Source of the DNA: Raja brachyura
Taxonomy: Eukaryota
Reading direction: 5' to 3'
DNA: 64,000 nt
Assembly: GCA_963514005.1 (NCBI GenBank)
Contig: OY740807.1
Span: 18,972,001 to 19,036,000 of the forward strand
The notes below the pieces were generated by a model. That model was given only the letters and a program-made list of their open reading frames with translations. It ran no database searches and was not told the DNA's origin. Both the position numbers and the translations under genes were made by a program. Shown here piece by piece: positions 48,501-63,500 of the stretch (position 1 is the first letter of the stretch; every line of letters starts with the position of its first letter).

Positions 48501-51500
48501 GGTAAAACCTCCCAAAATATTTTTAAGATAATATTTCTAGGTACTACATAGGATTGCTGGATTATTACTTGCCTCCCAATAAGGACAAACAATTTACTAA
48601 CATACCTTTCCTTGATCATCGGTAGACAAAAATGCTGGAGAAACTCAGCGGGTGAGGCAGCATCTATGGAGCTAAGGAAATAGGCGACGTTTCGGGTCGA
48701 GACCCTTCTTCCCAACTTTCCTTGATCATCGTTGCTTTTAGCATATCTTTCATTCATTTGTTTTATGTTCTTTTTCATGTCTCTCGCTTCCCTCTCCCCT
48801 GACTCTTAGTCTGATGGAGCGTCTCAACCTGAAACGTCACCTATTCTTTTTCTCCAGAGATGCCGCCTGACCCACTGAGTTACTTCAGTTTTTTGTGCAA
48901 GTCCCATTCTAGTTTGGCTTTAACCATGTCCACTGTCTGAAAACAACAGTCACTGTCCAAACAGATCAAACAAGGCAGAATTATGGAGGTGAGGTGAGAG
49001 TGACTGCCCCTGGCATTAAGGCAACATTTGATTGAGTGAGGCAGAAAGGACTGTGATAAAACTAAGGTCAATGGGCAAAGTGAAAACAAATAAAACAACT
49101 CACACAAACTAAAATGGCGATAGTCGTGGAAGTCTATTATCCATTCCAGGACATCTTTGCCTCAGGGCAGTTTCCTGGGTCAACTATCTTTCACCATTTC
49201 ATCATGGATAGGACAGGTTTGGAGGGATAAGGACCAAACGCAGGCAGGTGAGACTAAAGTAGCTGGGACATGTTGGCCGGTGTGGAGAGATTGTGCCGAA
49301 GGGGCTGTTCCCAACACTGTATCATTCTATGGCTCTATCAATGACCTTCCATCAATCATAAAGGTCTGACGTGATGATGTTTGCTAATGATTGCACAATG
49401 TTCAATTCTATTTGCAAATCCCACGTGAGGCAGCCCGTTCTTGCATGCAGCAAGACCTAGGCAGCATTTAGGCATAAGCAACAAGTAACACTTGTGCCAC
49501 AGACGTATCTCATCCACTAGAAGCATAACATGACTGTCGAGTATCATCTATAAAAAGCACTGTAGATATTCACCCACACGACCAAAACCTACAATCACAG
49601 CACGCCAAGATCTACAATCTCCATCACCAAGGTGGACAAGAGCTTCAGGCACATTGAAACGTCAGCACCTACAGCGTTTCTCCAAGTCACACACCATCCT
49701 GGAATATAATGGAATATAAAACTGGAAATCTTGGATCTCTCTTCCCAACAGCTCTGTGGGGTTAGATTCAGCAGAGAGACTGCAGTAGTATAAGCTCACC
49801 AACATGCCTTCTAAAGAGCAATTCAAGATGAGCAATAGATACCAGCTTTGCCAATGGCACCCACATTCCTAAATATGGCGAACAGAAGGACGCAATATTA
49901 TTGAAGCTTCCTTACCTTGCTGGTTCGCAAGACCGGTAATTTTACTTCAGTCTCATTCCATTCATCTTCCAGCTCAAACCAACCAACAGGATCATCTCCA
50001 TCTAAGTCGACACTCTGGTCACCGCTTCTAATGAAAAATCAGTGATAAAGCAAATAACATGTTACTTCCAGAGTTGCAACATTAGCTGTTGGTCTTCAGT
50101 AACAGCAGTTTTAAAAATAAACACATCCTAATAATATTTAAAATAACTAGAGTCATAGAATTATACAACACGGAAACAGATCTTTGGCCCAACTTGTCTA
50201 AGCTGACCAGGTTGCCGAGCTCCATTAATAATCATAAACAAATATAATAATTATCAGAAGCAAGAAGTTAGATCATCTAAAAATAAGCCTGCTTCTGGAA
50301 CAATCAATGTTTAAAAAAATGATTTTCTTTCTGTGAGAAAGATTTACATGAGCAATGAGAGAAACAGGGGAACTGAGTGGAGTATCATGCTTGGTAAATT
50401 GGAAGAAATAAAAATAGAGGAAAACAGCAAACAATTTATAGAAGTTGGATGAAAGAAGCCACAGGTATAGCAACCTTGGGATGCGGTTGGAGTAATTCTT
50501 GGCAGGATAGCCTAATCAATGGATGCCTGGGGGAAGGAGGGAATTAAAGCAGATGTTCCGTGAGTTCCAACCATCATTGCAATCAAATATATTCAACATG
50601 AAAATGTATTTTTATAAAGGAGTCGTCACAATACAAAAGTGCATTTAGGACTCTCGTATGGTGCCATATGAAATCTATCTTTGGTAAACTCGACACATGT
50701 CCCATCCAAAAAGGAATACCTACTGCCTCACACTGATGATGAATTTGCTATGCATATCATTGTCGCAAACTCAATCACATCACTCTGTAACAGGCAAACA
50801 ATGCGCCAGATTAAGCTATTGTGATTATGATTAAATGTTATTCAACAGTTAATACCCCTAAATTATGAGACAATTGGTATATATTCTCAATACCAGATTG
50901 TAATGGGACTTTGGAAAATAATGTGTGCACATGACAAAGTAATGACTGAAATTTGTCGTCTCAAATCTACACTGACAATACACAGAGTCAACATTGCATT
51001 GCAACAGAAGGCCAAAATCAATTGCACGCAACACAATGCTGCTCGTGCTTCCCAGTGTCAAATGTAATAACCCTACCCGATCATACAAATTTGAAGTTTC
51101 GTTTCAATACAATTTTAAGTAGAAAGCATCAGCATTGCAATGTAGCAAACTATCCAGGGTAAGCCCGGGCTACAAAACAGTTGAAAATACCAACAGACAC
51201 CTATGACAGATCCCCATGCTATACTGGTTGTCAAAGCTGTTATGGGTTTTCATTGCTTCCAAATGTCTATGGCAGTCAGAAGCAGGCACAAAGCATTAAA
51301 CATTGAAATATATATACATACTATATATATGTATATACATATACATAAAAATAAGCATTAAGAGCAATTTAAACATGAACACCAACTTTAAATATTTTTT
51401 CAAATATCAACAATTTCTCTTCTCATTTGTAACCTTTCCTGTCCATTCAAATGAGAGGGTTTATTGGTGCTGAACCAGGGCAGAACCCGGCTGGCAGGAT

Positions 51501-54500
51501 TTCACGTACTGCTGAACTTCAAGCTGCACTGTTGAACTCGTGCATTGTCCGACAGCAGAGCATATTCAGTAACTACTTCAGGATTTAGAGGGAGATAGTC
51601 CAATCGAGGGCAGGTTGGACTGGTCTAGATGGGGCATCTTGGTCAGCATGGGGAAGTTGTGCCAAAGGGCCTGTTTCCATGCTATTTGACTCTCTGACTC
51701 CACTTGCCCTATGTAGGCATTCTAAACCCGATGACTGTAGCTGCCAGTATTTCCCAGCAATTTTCTGTCTAAATACACAGTAGCTTCTCGTCCCACCACT
51801 GCTATAATAGCTTGATAGATTGGCAAATACAGTTTTTTTTCCATTACCAAATTTACTGTAAATTACTTTATTTGCTGCAGCAAGCATGAAACCCAAGCAA
51901 CACCATAACCACAGAGTACAGACCACGGTAATAGGATGTGATCCTCAAAAATGCAAGTTGATACTTATAATCCACTTTGCACTTTTAACTGTATTGTTTG
52001 ACAAGCTGCAGGTCCAAAATTTAGTTTGTGCCAGTAAACTCATGATATAATAAACTACAACAGATGAATTCCTGCAAAGATGTAAAGTTAATACAAGTTG
52101 GCCGAGTGGAAATTGTGCCTCACCTCTCCTTCACAAATTGTCGAAATTCTTGTAGCTTCCATTTGTTATACTTTTCAAACCTCTTGAAATGTTTCTCTGC
52201 ATCAAAGGTTTCTGACTCATCATTATAAGCAAAGACCAAGCCACATTTTGCGCCTTTAGCACCATTATGAACCTGGTAGGAAAAATTGAAATAGTCAGCA
52301 GATTACTGTGGTTAACCAGAATGTAGACAAAATCACGTCTTAACCTTGAAATACTTATGCCCCTGTCCCACTTAGGAAACCTGAACGGAAACCTCTGGAG
52401 ACTTTGCACCCCACCCAAGGTTTCCATGCAGTTCCTGGAGGTTTTTGTCAGTCTCCCTAATGGTCGAAAGTGGTTTCCGCTTCTTCTATGTTCCGGCAAT
52501 TATTTCAAAATGTTCAACACTGGCCGTGACTAAAAATAGGTTGCCATTTTAAAAATCGGTAAAAGTCGAAGTCGGTTGTGATGCTAGTTGAAGGTGGTTG
52601 CCTGAAGTTGCAGGTAGTGGAAGGCAAGACTTTCTTTTCACCCAGTTTTACTCCACCAAGGAGGTCTTACCTTCCACTACCTGCAACCTCCGACAACCAC
52701 CTTCAACTAGCATCACAACCGGCTTCGACTAAAAAATTACCGATTTTTAAAACGGAAACCTTGGGTGGGGCACGAAGTCTCCAGAGGTTGCCGTTCAGGT
52801 TTCCTAAGTGGGACAGGGGCATTGGTAACAAAATGCAAGGGCTGAGACTGAGGTGACACTGCAGGAGAGTAGAAGATAGATAGAGTGTGCATCAGGGGGA
52901 AGCAAAAGAGTCAGAAGTGTGATTAATTGTAATAAATACCAAAAATGGAATTACATTCTTGCTTGTGTCAACATAACATGTCTATTAACACAGTACCCAG
53001 AGATAACTTTAAGGGATAGATAGATAGACTGTTGAATATTACAGGCATCAGGGGTTATGGGGAGAAGGCAGGAGACTAGGGTTAAGAGGGTACAATAGAC
53101 CAGCCATGATTGAATGGCAGAGTAGACTGGAGGGGCCGAATGGCCTAATTCTGTTCCGATCATCTATGAACATGGATAATATAATAAACAAAAGAAAGTT
53201 CGATAAATTTAAAAAAACAATATCAGTGCAAAACAAAAGCCCAAAGTCCTTAGTGCAACCAAGACAGTCCGTAGTTTACTAGAACAGGGAAAAAGGAAGA
53301 ATTCATTGCCACAGACTGCAGGAGGCCAAGTCATTTGGCATTTATTAAGGCAGAGATTAACAGACTCTTGTTTAGTAAGTGTGTCAAGGGTTATGGGGAG
53401 AAGGCAGGAGAATGGGGTTGAGAGGGATTGAATGGCAAAATAGACTTGATTGGCCGAATGGTCTACTTCTGCTCCTATTACCCCTGTCCCACTTAGGAAA
53501 CCTGAACGGAAACCCCTGGAGACTTTGCGCCCCTCCCAAGGTTTCCGTGCGGTTCCCGGAGGTTTTTCTCCTCCGGCAACCACCTTCAATTAGCATCGCA
53601 ACCGGCTTCGACTAAAAAATTATCGATTTTTAAAACGGAAACCACTTTCAACCATTAGGGAGACTATCCTTGGGTGGGGCGCAAAGTCTCCAGAGGTTTC
53701 CGTTCAGGTTTCATAAGTGGGACAGGGGCATAAGACTTATGAACTGAAAGGAGGTAAGAGACAGTAAGCAAAAGCGAAATATATAGACAGAGATGGGGAG
53801 GTAATAAAGAGATGAATGCACTTGATTGAAACAGAAGCTTTTGAAAAGTTAAGAGAAAACTGAGATGACACAATGATAAAGAAAGGTTTAGATGCATTTA
53901 ACACCAGAACTGGAGGAATTCAAGAGGATGGTGAAAAAATAAAACGGAGAAGGCTGGTTGGGGTACGTTGACAGTAGCAAGCTGTTGGTTCTGATTAGGT
54001 TGGATTGTGCGGAGAAGAGCAAGAATGCCCAAGAACCAAAACTATAGATGAATTGGTCAGCGACAGTTCGGTAAGGTTAAACACGGTCTGTCCTCACATT
54101 TCAGCACTCACCTTAACCCTGATCTGAGTAAGCTGGATGGCCAATTTAGTTCTCGTTGACAGAATGAAGCTGGCTCGTGTATGACCAGCCTCTGACAAAA
54201 ATCCTGCAATACATCAAGGGAAATATTAATCACCTGATTCTCAGAGTTAAAGACCATTCATCATCTGAACAGCCAGACAATAAAATAAATCTACCAACAA
54301 TCCCCACACACCTCAACCGAAAAAAAAACCCTAATTAAATTCTGTCCCATTACCACTCAGGAAAACGTCCCAGTGGCAAATCTTCAAAGTCATAAGGGAT
54401 AGGAAAGAATTAGGCCCATCAAGTATATTCTGCCATTCAATCGTGGTTGATCCATCTCTCACTCCTAACCCCATTCTGCCTTCCCCCCCACTACCTGTAC

Positions 54501-57500
54501 TAATCAAGAAATTAGAGTGTTCTAATCATGCCCCATGCTCCTTTTCCCTTCCCCTATCCATTTAGAGAATTACTTTCATATGTTTACCGTCTCCCAGCAG
54601 TGACTCATAGAGCACAGCAGTCGGCCCAAATCCCTTTTCTTTTCCTTCTTTGGCATCACAGGCCTCCACAGTCAACTGAAGTAGTTTCCCTGCAAAAAGA
54701 ATTGCAACACCAGGCCTTCAATGAGCCAACTTTTGCATGAGACAGACAGACAGCACAAGTAGACCGCAAAGGAGTTCATGGACCCATAAAAGAATATGAT
54801 GGGCAATTTATTTGCATAGCCCTGCCATACACACATTACATATATACGCTTGTTCATAGCAATAAAGTAATGTTATAGTAACTTCAGCAACATTAGAAAA
54901 CTGGCAATCGATTTACACACACCAACACTGACTGGGCGATTGTTTCGTCGAACACCTTCGCTCAGACCACCTGAGCCTACCTGATCTCCCGGTTGTTAAA
55001 CACTTTAATTCTCCTTCCCAATCCCACACTGATATTTCTGTCCTAGGTCTCCTCCATTGTCAGAGTGAGGCTAAACGCAAATTATGGTTACTCTAACTTC
55101 CAGTACCCCAGCATTCCCTCTCTTCATATCTCTCCTTCACCCAAGTCACACCAGCTTCTCATTTTCACCCAACAAACAACTAACAATGGCCCGTTTCCTT
55201 TATTATCGTTACTTTTTTTTTGCATATCTTACATTCATTGTACTTTATCTCTATCATCATCTACATGTCTTGTTTCCCTTTTCTCTAACTAGTCTGAAGA
55301 AGGGTCTCACTCTGAAACGTCACCCATTCCTTCTCTCCAGAGATGCTGCTTGCCCAGCTTTTTGTGTCTATCCAGTTTAAACCAGCATTTGCAGTTCCTT
55401 CCTACATATCTGTTTTAATAGATTGGGTACAGGATAAACATTGGCCAGGTCTTGAAACAGTGCCGAGGAATTTTTCATCTCCATCAAAGGGAAATGTTAG
55501 GCAATTTCTCAACTGAAAAATGGAACCGCCGAGGTTATTTCGCTCAATTCTCTCAGAGATGCGTCAGTAATATAGCCCTGGTTAGTGCCAAAATTGTCAA
55601 ATGATGAGCTCATGTTAAAGGGAACATGGCATCAGTCCAATTTCATGAAAGGCAATAATATAATCTGACTCAGATTTCCATAGAATTCAGTGATTAAAAA
55701 AAGCGAGGGCACGATGTCAAAGCCAGGCAATGGCAAAGACATCTTAACATTTTGGCTAGTTTCCGCAAGAGTCAACGAGTATTTATATCCAATGATAACG
55801 AATCCTCGGTGCTGCCTCTTTGTTTGTTTAGACCACATATTTCTCACAGGTTCACAATTTCAAGTCCACCCTCATAAGGATGTCGTCACTCCCTATAAAG
55901 ATCTTCTTAAAAAAGTGACTATTCAGCAGTTGAGGGACTTCAAATAAAAAACGCCATGAAACATCACCAACAATATTTCCATTACGGGCACTCTCAGTTT
56001 AACACATTAAATGGGAAGTCCAAAATCCACAAGCCATCAGCAGTTTGGTGCTAAAGAGCAAATCTTTGATGGGCAAATTTTAAGAATACTGTGGTTGTTC
56101 CAGATAGCACAGGAGTAAAATTGTGCAACATTAAGCAGGCATTGCAACATTAAGCAGGCAAGTAGATGGAAGGGAGAAATCTGTAAAGTGGAGGTACGGG
56201 GTCCACCCATCACAGGAGATAAGGTATCAGCACAAAATAACAGAGCAGCAAGATTAATGTGATAGTGAGCAAGCGGTATGGCAGCTCTGTTGATCAGCTA
56301 AGACAACATGTTCAATAGATTAATGTTCATACTTCTGCGCTCGATAAAGATTGTTGACTATAGTGCAAAATGCTTACCATATTTATGGAGCTGGTTTTGC
56401 CGCACAGATGCCATGGCTGTGAGGAGCGGAGATGCCTGATATTCTGTATCCAGGTGATCGCTGATGGTCAAAAGCGATGTCATCACTTTAGCAACACTTC
56501 CTCTCGCCAAAGCAAAAGCCAAAAGGGTCAGCTCTGCTTCAGGACTAGCACAGCAACTGCAGTGGGAAACATAGCTTTCAGTAATGCTTGTAGCCAAAGG
56601 ACAGGCACATCAGACATGTCTCCTTTTCAACTTGCTTTTACCCGTCTCCTCTTCAACTTGCTCAATCTGATCAATCATTTCTACATTGATAATAAAATTG
56701 CACAAATGTTCAAAAAGCTTGGCACGTGTGCGATATACACTAGCAAAATCGAGGTGTACTAGTGCTAGAGATATACTTTTAAAACATGTGCACAGATAAA
56801 CTGTCTAATTTATGCCCCGACAATGATAGACCAATTTCTATAGTACAAAATTTAAAATTTGGCGGTAAAAATACCATTCTGCTATACAAGGGGACTGCTG
56901 TCTCAGGCATTCACATCTACTGCCCCTTCCCAACTTTCTCAATGGGTGCCAGATATGCTGCCTTAATATATTCTTCACTCTAATTCCAAAAGCAAGACCT
57001 CTAATTGTTTAAATAACAATTACCCTGCAATCCTGATGAGAAAACTGTCCACTTTCTCCAGAACATTTGTTGACATGAAGCTCGGCAATACTGTGGATCC
57101 AGCCGTGAGGGAAAGGGGCGGCATGTGCTGCAGGGCTTTTCTGAGGAAGAGAGAGATGTCGGTTATTAATTTTAAATCAGTACTCATGGTGCTAAAAATG
57201 AACTGCACCACGCACAAAGAATACTCGTCCTTAATACATAGAACACATAGTAAATGGAGATTATTGCTTGGTTATAAAATTCTGAACAACTACTTACTGC
57301 GTAACCTGTAGAACATATTGTGCCAAATCTGGATTTCTTTCCACAGAAGCAGTCACCAACGTTGTTAATAAGGTTAAGTACCAAATCGCAGATGCATCAG
57401 ACACAGATACTCCGGGTTTCTTCATAGCCTGGTATCCCATAGTCTTGAGCCCGTGAATCCTTGTGTCGCAGCCATCACCATGACAACGTTTAATATTGAT

Positions 57501-60500
57501 CTGTACAACTTATTAAAAAATTAAATTTTAATTACATTGCATCCTTGCCCTTTTCCTCCTATTTTACATCAGCATCTTGAAAATAACATTTACCAAACAC
57601 TTGACTTTTATGAAAATTCATGAGTTACTAAGAAATCTATCTTTACATTCACCTCTAATTGGGAACTAATGGCCAAGTACCAATGACAATTAGGAAATTA
57701 TTTCATGTCTACATCATTCAGTGTGAACCAAAACTGAGCTTGGGAAACGTGTCGCAAATAAACATTAGATGGGATTTGGCATATATGCGATGTATAGGAA
57801 AGAACTGCAGATGCTGGTTTAAATCGAAGGTAGACACAAAATATTGGAGTAACTCAGCGGGACAGGCAGCATTTCCGGAGCGAAGGAATGGGTGATGTTT
57901 CGGGTCGAGATCCTTCTTCAGTTTTTGTGTCTACCTATGTGATGTATATGTAGTCTTTCAGTTGCATTTGCCTACATTTATGCCTATCAACTTCCTCATC
58001 ATCTTCTACAGCCAGTATTGCATTGAATACAAGCAGACTCTTTTCCTGTTCTCTTACTCTGTCCTTACGCTGCTCCAAAAGCACTCAAACATAATATTTT
58101 TTGTTTTAAAATTAATGAGCTGAAACTCGTGCTGAAGGTGTGCATTTAACAATGTATCACTGTTTATAAAAACAGATGGCATCTTTAGTGCAGAGTGTGC
58201 TGATTTATACAGCGAGTCAGTTTGATTTGTAGCACATTGATTTTATTGTGCTTTCTTACTGTGATGTTAACGGCTTGTCTTTAGTTATTATTAAGGGAAA
58301 TATAATCACAAAACTGTAATTCGTTAAAGTAATAAACAGTGTACACAAAGTTTGAAGTCATGTAACAAAGGATTGTTGACTTTAGAAGCACTGCCACTGG
58401 CAGAAATGCAAGCTTTGTTCAATCATTCGAAGACAGAATTCTAACAGGTGTCCAACAGGCACAGGTTTGGGAAAGGTCAAAAGCTAAATCCTGAAAGGTT
58501 AGGGAGTGTGATTCTAGGAGCAAAGAAAGGTGGTTGGATAATTTGGGATGCATGAATGCAAAATAACTTTACCCATGTGAATCAGTGACATCAGTGAGTA
58601 AAGTACAATTTTGGAAAATTCAAATTGCCACCGAAGGAGTGTGGATAGTGCACAGAGGCAGAAATTGGAACAAATGTTTTGGAACATGAAGATTTGATTA
58701 ATTATACTCTCAGCTCAGAACCGGAACACTGGAATTTTCAGCCTAAATGTAACAATTTTTTTTAAATCATAATTCTATTTAAAAATTTAGTTATCCGAAG
58801 ACAGCTTACAAAATCTAAGCTCTAAGCAATTCCTTCTTACACAGGGCTCTCCCTAAACAGTCTAGTTTCTTCCTACATCCAGCAGACTCTGGCAGTTTGG
58901 TTAACTGGTTACTGTATGTTTCCCCTAGTGTCTGTGGCTGACAGAAGACATTAGAGAGCAGGAGCGGGGGAAAAAAAAAGTGGGGCGTTAGGATTGGAGG
59001 GACTGCTTTTAGTGCCAGCATGGACGCCAAGAATTTATTGTCCAGTGTTATATGGAAATACGGAAATTAATGTATTACTTAATCAATTCCAAAACTTTCC
59101 TTTTTCATGCAAAATAACTGTTTTTGAAATAACACTGTCAAACTAAAGGAGCTAAGATTTTCATTGTTTAAAAATAAAATCATATATTCTCATGTTAATC
59201 ATGGGAACTAAGGCTTTAATGTAGTTTCTATTTATTGTATTGATCCCAATACTTAGATTTCACAACAATATGAGAAACGTGACCTGGAGCAACCTCCGAT
59301 CAATTAAGTGCTTATTTGATGTAAGAATAAACAGATAGTAGATAATATCTGACAAGAAACAAAAAACTGTACAATTACATGGGTGGATGATGCTTGCGTT
59401 TTCCAGCAGTGTAATGTATCCAGTCATATTACTGGGAATACGAACATCACGGACTTCATGCATGTTACCAGAATTCCTCCCCAATGACACAGTAACCTGC
59501 TGTGGCATGTAACTTTGATCACCAGCTGACACTGCTATTGATACGTGCTTCAGCACAACATCAGGTTTTAAGCGTAACCTGCAAAAAAGAACATTTCACT
59601 CGTCCATATACATTTCTTTCAAAGGACAGACAATAAAATACATTTACAGTAGTGCACGTGGTGTGGACTTGGTGTGCCAAAGGGCCTTCCACGCTGTAGC
59701 TCTAAAATAAACAAAACCCCTTAACTTCAAAGCTCAACGTGGGCAAGAATAATCTGAAAGGTGATGCAGTAAAAATGGAGGTAAACTACCAGTATCCTGT
59801 CAAATGGTCTTCAACTTGAAGCATTGACTTTGTTTCCACAGATGGTGCCTGACCAAATGGGCGCCCAGAGTCATACAGTCAAACAGAATGGAAAAGGGCC
59901 CTTTGGCTCAACTAATCTCTGCTGACTAAGACTCTAATCCCATTAACCTGTGTCTGACCCACATCCTTCTAAACCTTTCCTATCCATGGACCTGTCCTAA
60001 TGTCCTATTATTGTAACTGCCTCAATCACTTCCACTGGAAGCTCGTTCCGTACAGCCATCACTGTGCAAAACGTTACACCTCACGTTCCTATTAAATCTT
60101 TCCCATTTCATCTTAAATCGATACCATTCACCAATCCTGGAAAAAGGATACTTCCTTTCTCCAATCAATGTCACTCATGATTTTATATACCCCAAATAAT
60201 AAAGCCAATCCCTCCCTACAACTTAATTCAAGTCCTTGCAACATCATGATAAATATTTTCTGCACTTTTTCCAGCTCAATGGCATCTTTCCTATAGATGG
60301 GTGACCAAAACTGAACCCAATACTCCCAAGTGTGACCTCACCAATGTCATGTACAACTGCAACATAACATCCCAAATTCTATAATGCCCTTACTGATATA
60401 GGACAGAATGCCAAGAGGGTGTCTTGACCCAAAATGTCACCCATTCCTTCTCTCCAGAGATGCTGCCTGTCCTGCTGAGTTACTCTGGCATTTTGTATCT

Positions 60501-63500
60501 ACCTTCGATTTAAACCAGCATCTGCAGTTCTTTCCTACACATTTTGTCCGCTCTACTACAAAATCTCCTCAAGGTATGTCTACTTTGAAGGTTCTCCACC
60601 TCTCTCCGACGAGAGTTCAGCAACATCCTCTCTCACTGCTCCCCCTCCGTGATTCCTCCTGAATCAGTCTGAACAAGGGTCGCCACCCGAAACATCACCC
60701 ATTCCTTCTCTCCAGAGATGCTGCCTGACCTCTAACAGGTTAATGGCTCGCTGAGTTACTCCAGCACTTTGTGTCTTCCTTCAATGTCAAAAGCCTTCAC
60801 TGCCCTGTCCACCTGTGATATGTTCCAGCACTTTGTTCATAATTAAGCTGGGTGATTAATTTATGTTTTGCTTAAAATAATACTTTATAACATTAATCTT
60901 TATAAATCATTATCTATTGTCAACATTGTACAAATGATCAGTGGTTTGAACTACACCCATTTTTAGCATTAACTTTTCTTTTTCTACAAACATGTTTGTC
61001 ACCATCAGTCCATTCACCTGATCCAGTGTGAGCATGAACTGCCATCTGACTGCCAGTAGGATGTAGTTTCTCCATTGGTCATCTTGTCAACATCAGTTGA
61101 GTTTGAAGAAGCTTCCAAGGTGGCGTAGCATTTGGTTACTACTTTCAGCTTATCCAACTCTCTTTCACCATTCATATCTGTGGGACATTGAATTGTTTGT
61201 TCTGTGAGAAATTAAGAAATACGATAATAAAATGATGATACCACACCAATTAAACAACCAGCCAATTAAATACTGCTTATGAGATTTTCATTCAAGATTT
61301 GGCTTGGCTTTGCCTTGAACTCCAGCATAGCATGACATTTTTTTAAATGACTCACAGAAATGGTGCATTTGGAATGAATTGTTGCAACCGCCAGCTGTTT
61401 CTCTTTTCTGATCCAGATGTCCTATGCAGAGTGCCAAGTTGTCAATTTAAATAAAACATATTTTATAAATAGAATTAGCAAAGAGTCTAGATATACTCTC
61501 TTACATGGAACATTAAGGTTGGTAAATGTTTCGCTACATAGTTAGCCAAGTCATTCAATTTAAACATGATTTAGATGAATAGATTGGCGAACTATACTGT
61601 TCAAGATGCAAAACAGGCGCCAACCATCCTTTTTCATGCCAAACTCATACCAGACAGCGTGTCTACAGCCTTTAGAGCAATGCAGCAGTTTCACCTGGTA
61701 AGAAAAGGTTGCTATCTATTACAACCACCACATTGAGTGCCACATCAAACGCATCCAACTAGAAAAGGAGCTGAGATGACCAAGATGACTAAACTGAGCA
61801 ACCACGACACTGTTAGCAGTTACATGTTAATTGATACCAATACATGAACACAATAAGCTATTCAGTCTGCATATGCATCGTTTTTTAATTAGATCATCAG
61901 TGATCGACAGGTTAACTCCACTCAACCATAATTTCTCAGCTATCGACATCTTTGCAAAACAAAGATCTACCAAACTGGTCTTCAAGACTCCTTTCATTCA
62001 TAGCTATTAAAAATTACATTCTACACGTCTGTTACACTTCAAATGGTTGAGTTCTCTATTTGAAGTTAAATAAACCCATACATGCTGGGTCCTCAAGATC
62101 CCCATCCTAGCGACAAAAACATCTAAAACATTTTAATCAAGACTATTTCTCGATTAATGGCTAATCAGTGATATAACCACACGCCCACATATCCCCTAAA
62201 TACCTACCGTTTGCAAAATATAATCAATTAAAATGAAATATATAACCAACTGCATAGAAGAGATTTTCCAATGTATATGCGGTCCCAATTTTCAGAAAGA
62301 GCATGTTTCTAGATTATGTTGCTCAGAGTATGTTGCACAGAAGAAGAGCCTTCAATCGTTCAATCTTCCAATCTTAAGGATATGCAAGACAATTTTGCAT
62401 ACATTTGCCATGCAAATTAATTAAACAAACCATAGTATATTCAAGTGAATCTTCTCGACAACCTTTTCAAGTACATTTCTGTTGCAATATAAGTACAGGT
62501 TATTCTTTCTCCGCATTGATTTAAATGTAATATCACCAGCTTTCATTGGACCATGAAGATTTTTAACTTGTCTGGTTCACTACATTATTCCTATCTAACA
62601 TTAATTGTTCTGTAATCTATTTCATGTTGAAAAAATACAAAAATAATACTCATTGGTTGTCAATATATTGTAGAGAAACAACCATTTTCTGTAATCAACT
62701 AACCAGAAGACTCTCAAATCTGACTAAATCCTCACATTTTTGTCAGTGATTTGGCTTCAGATGTTAAAGGCATGGTTTGGAAAAGAAGAAAACCTCAAAC
62801 ACATTGCAAACATGTTCTATTGGTAAAGGCATAATAATTTCTCAAGTACTATATCACAATTATTGAAAATGGTTATTCACAATGTTTTTGAATGCCTGGT
62901 ATTAATTAGAGCATGCAGTTTTACCATTTGAATCAAGCATTTTGTTTAGGATTGATTTTGTCCAGGATAAGCATCGGAACGGCTGCATATTCTTATCCTA
63001 AATTTCAGAGAATATTACGTGGATAAAGCGATGATCCAAATGCAGCTCTGAAAATGGTGGCAAAGCTGACGGCGTCATTACCTAAACATAACGATCAAAA
63101 CAACCTATCTTCCTCCAGTGCAATATGAATCGCTTGCAAGATTCACTTGCAATTCATTACGCAACTCATTAAGGATTCTTAGCCATCACCTTTCAAACTG
63201 AAACTTCTGTCAACTAGAAGGATGCAGCAGGGTCTGGGAGACACCACCACCTTCCTGGAAGTCACATATAACCCTGATAAATGCTAACATTCCTTTCTCA
63301 TCATCGCTGGAGGTACATCCTGAAGCTGCCCAGCCCATAGTGCTATGCTGTTGTATTGCTTTTAACAAGATCACTGCTATAGATTATGGTTGTTGTACAG
63401 CACCATCTTTAAGAATAATCTGGTACGGGAATAAATATTGGTCATGTAGGCAAGCTCAATACCGTACGAATGGATTAAAAAATACCAACTTGATCCAGTA

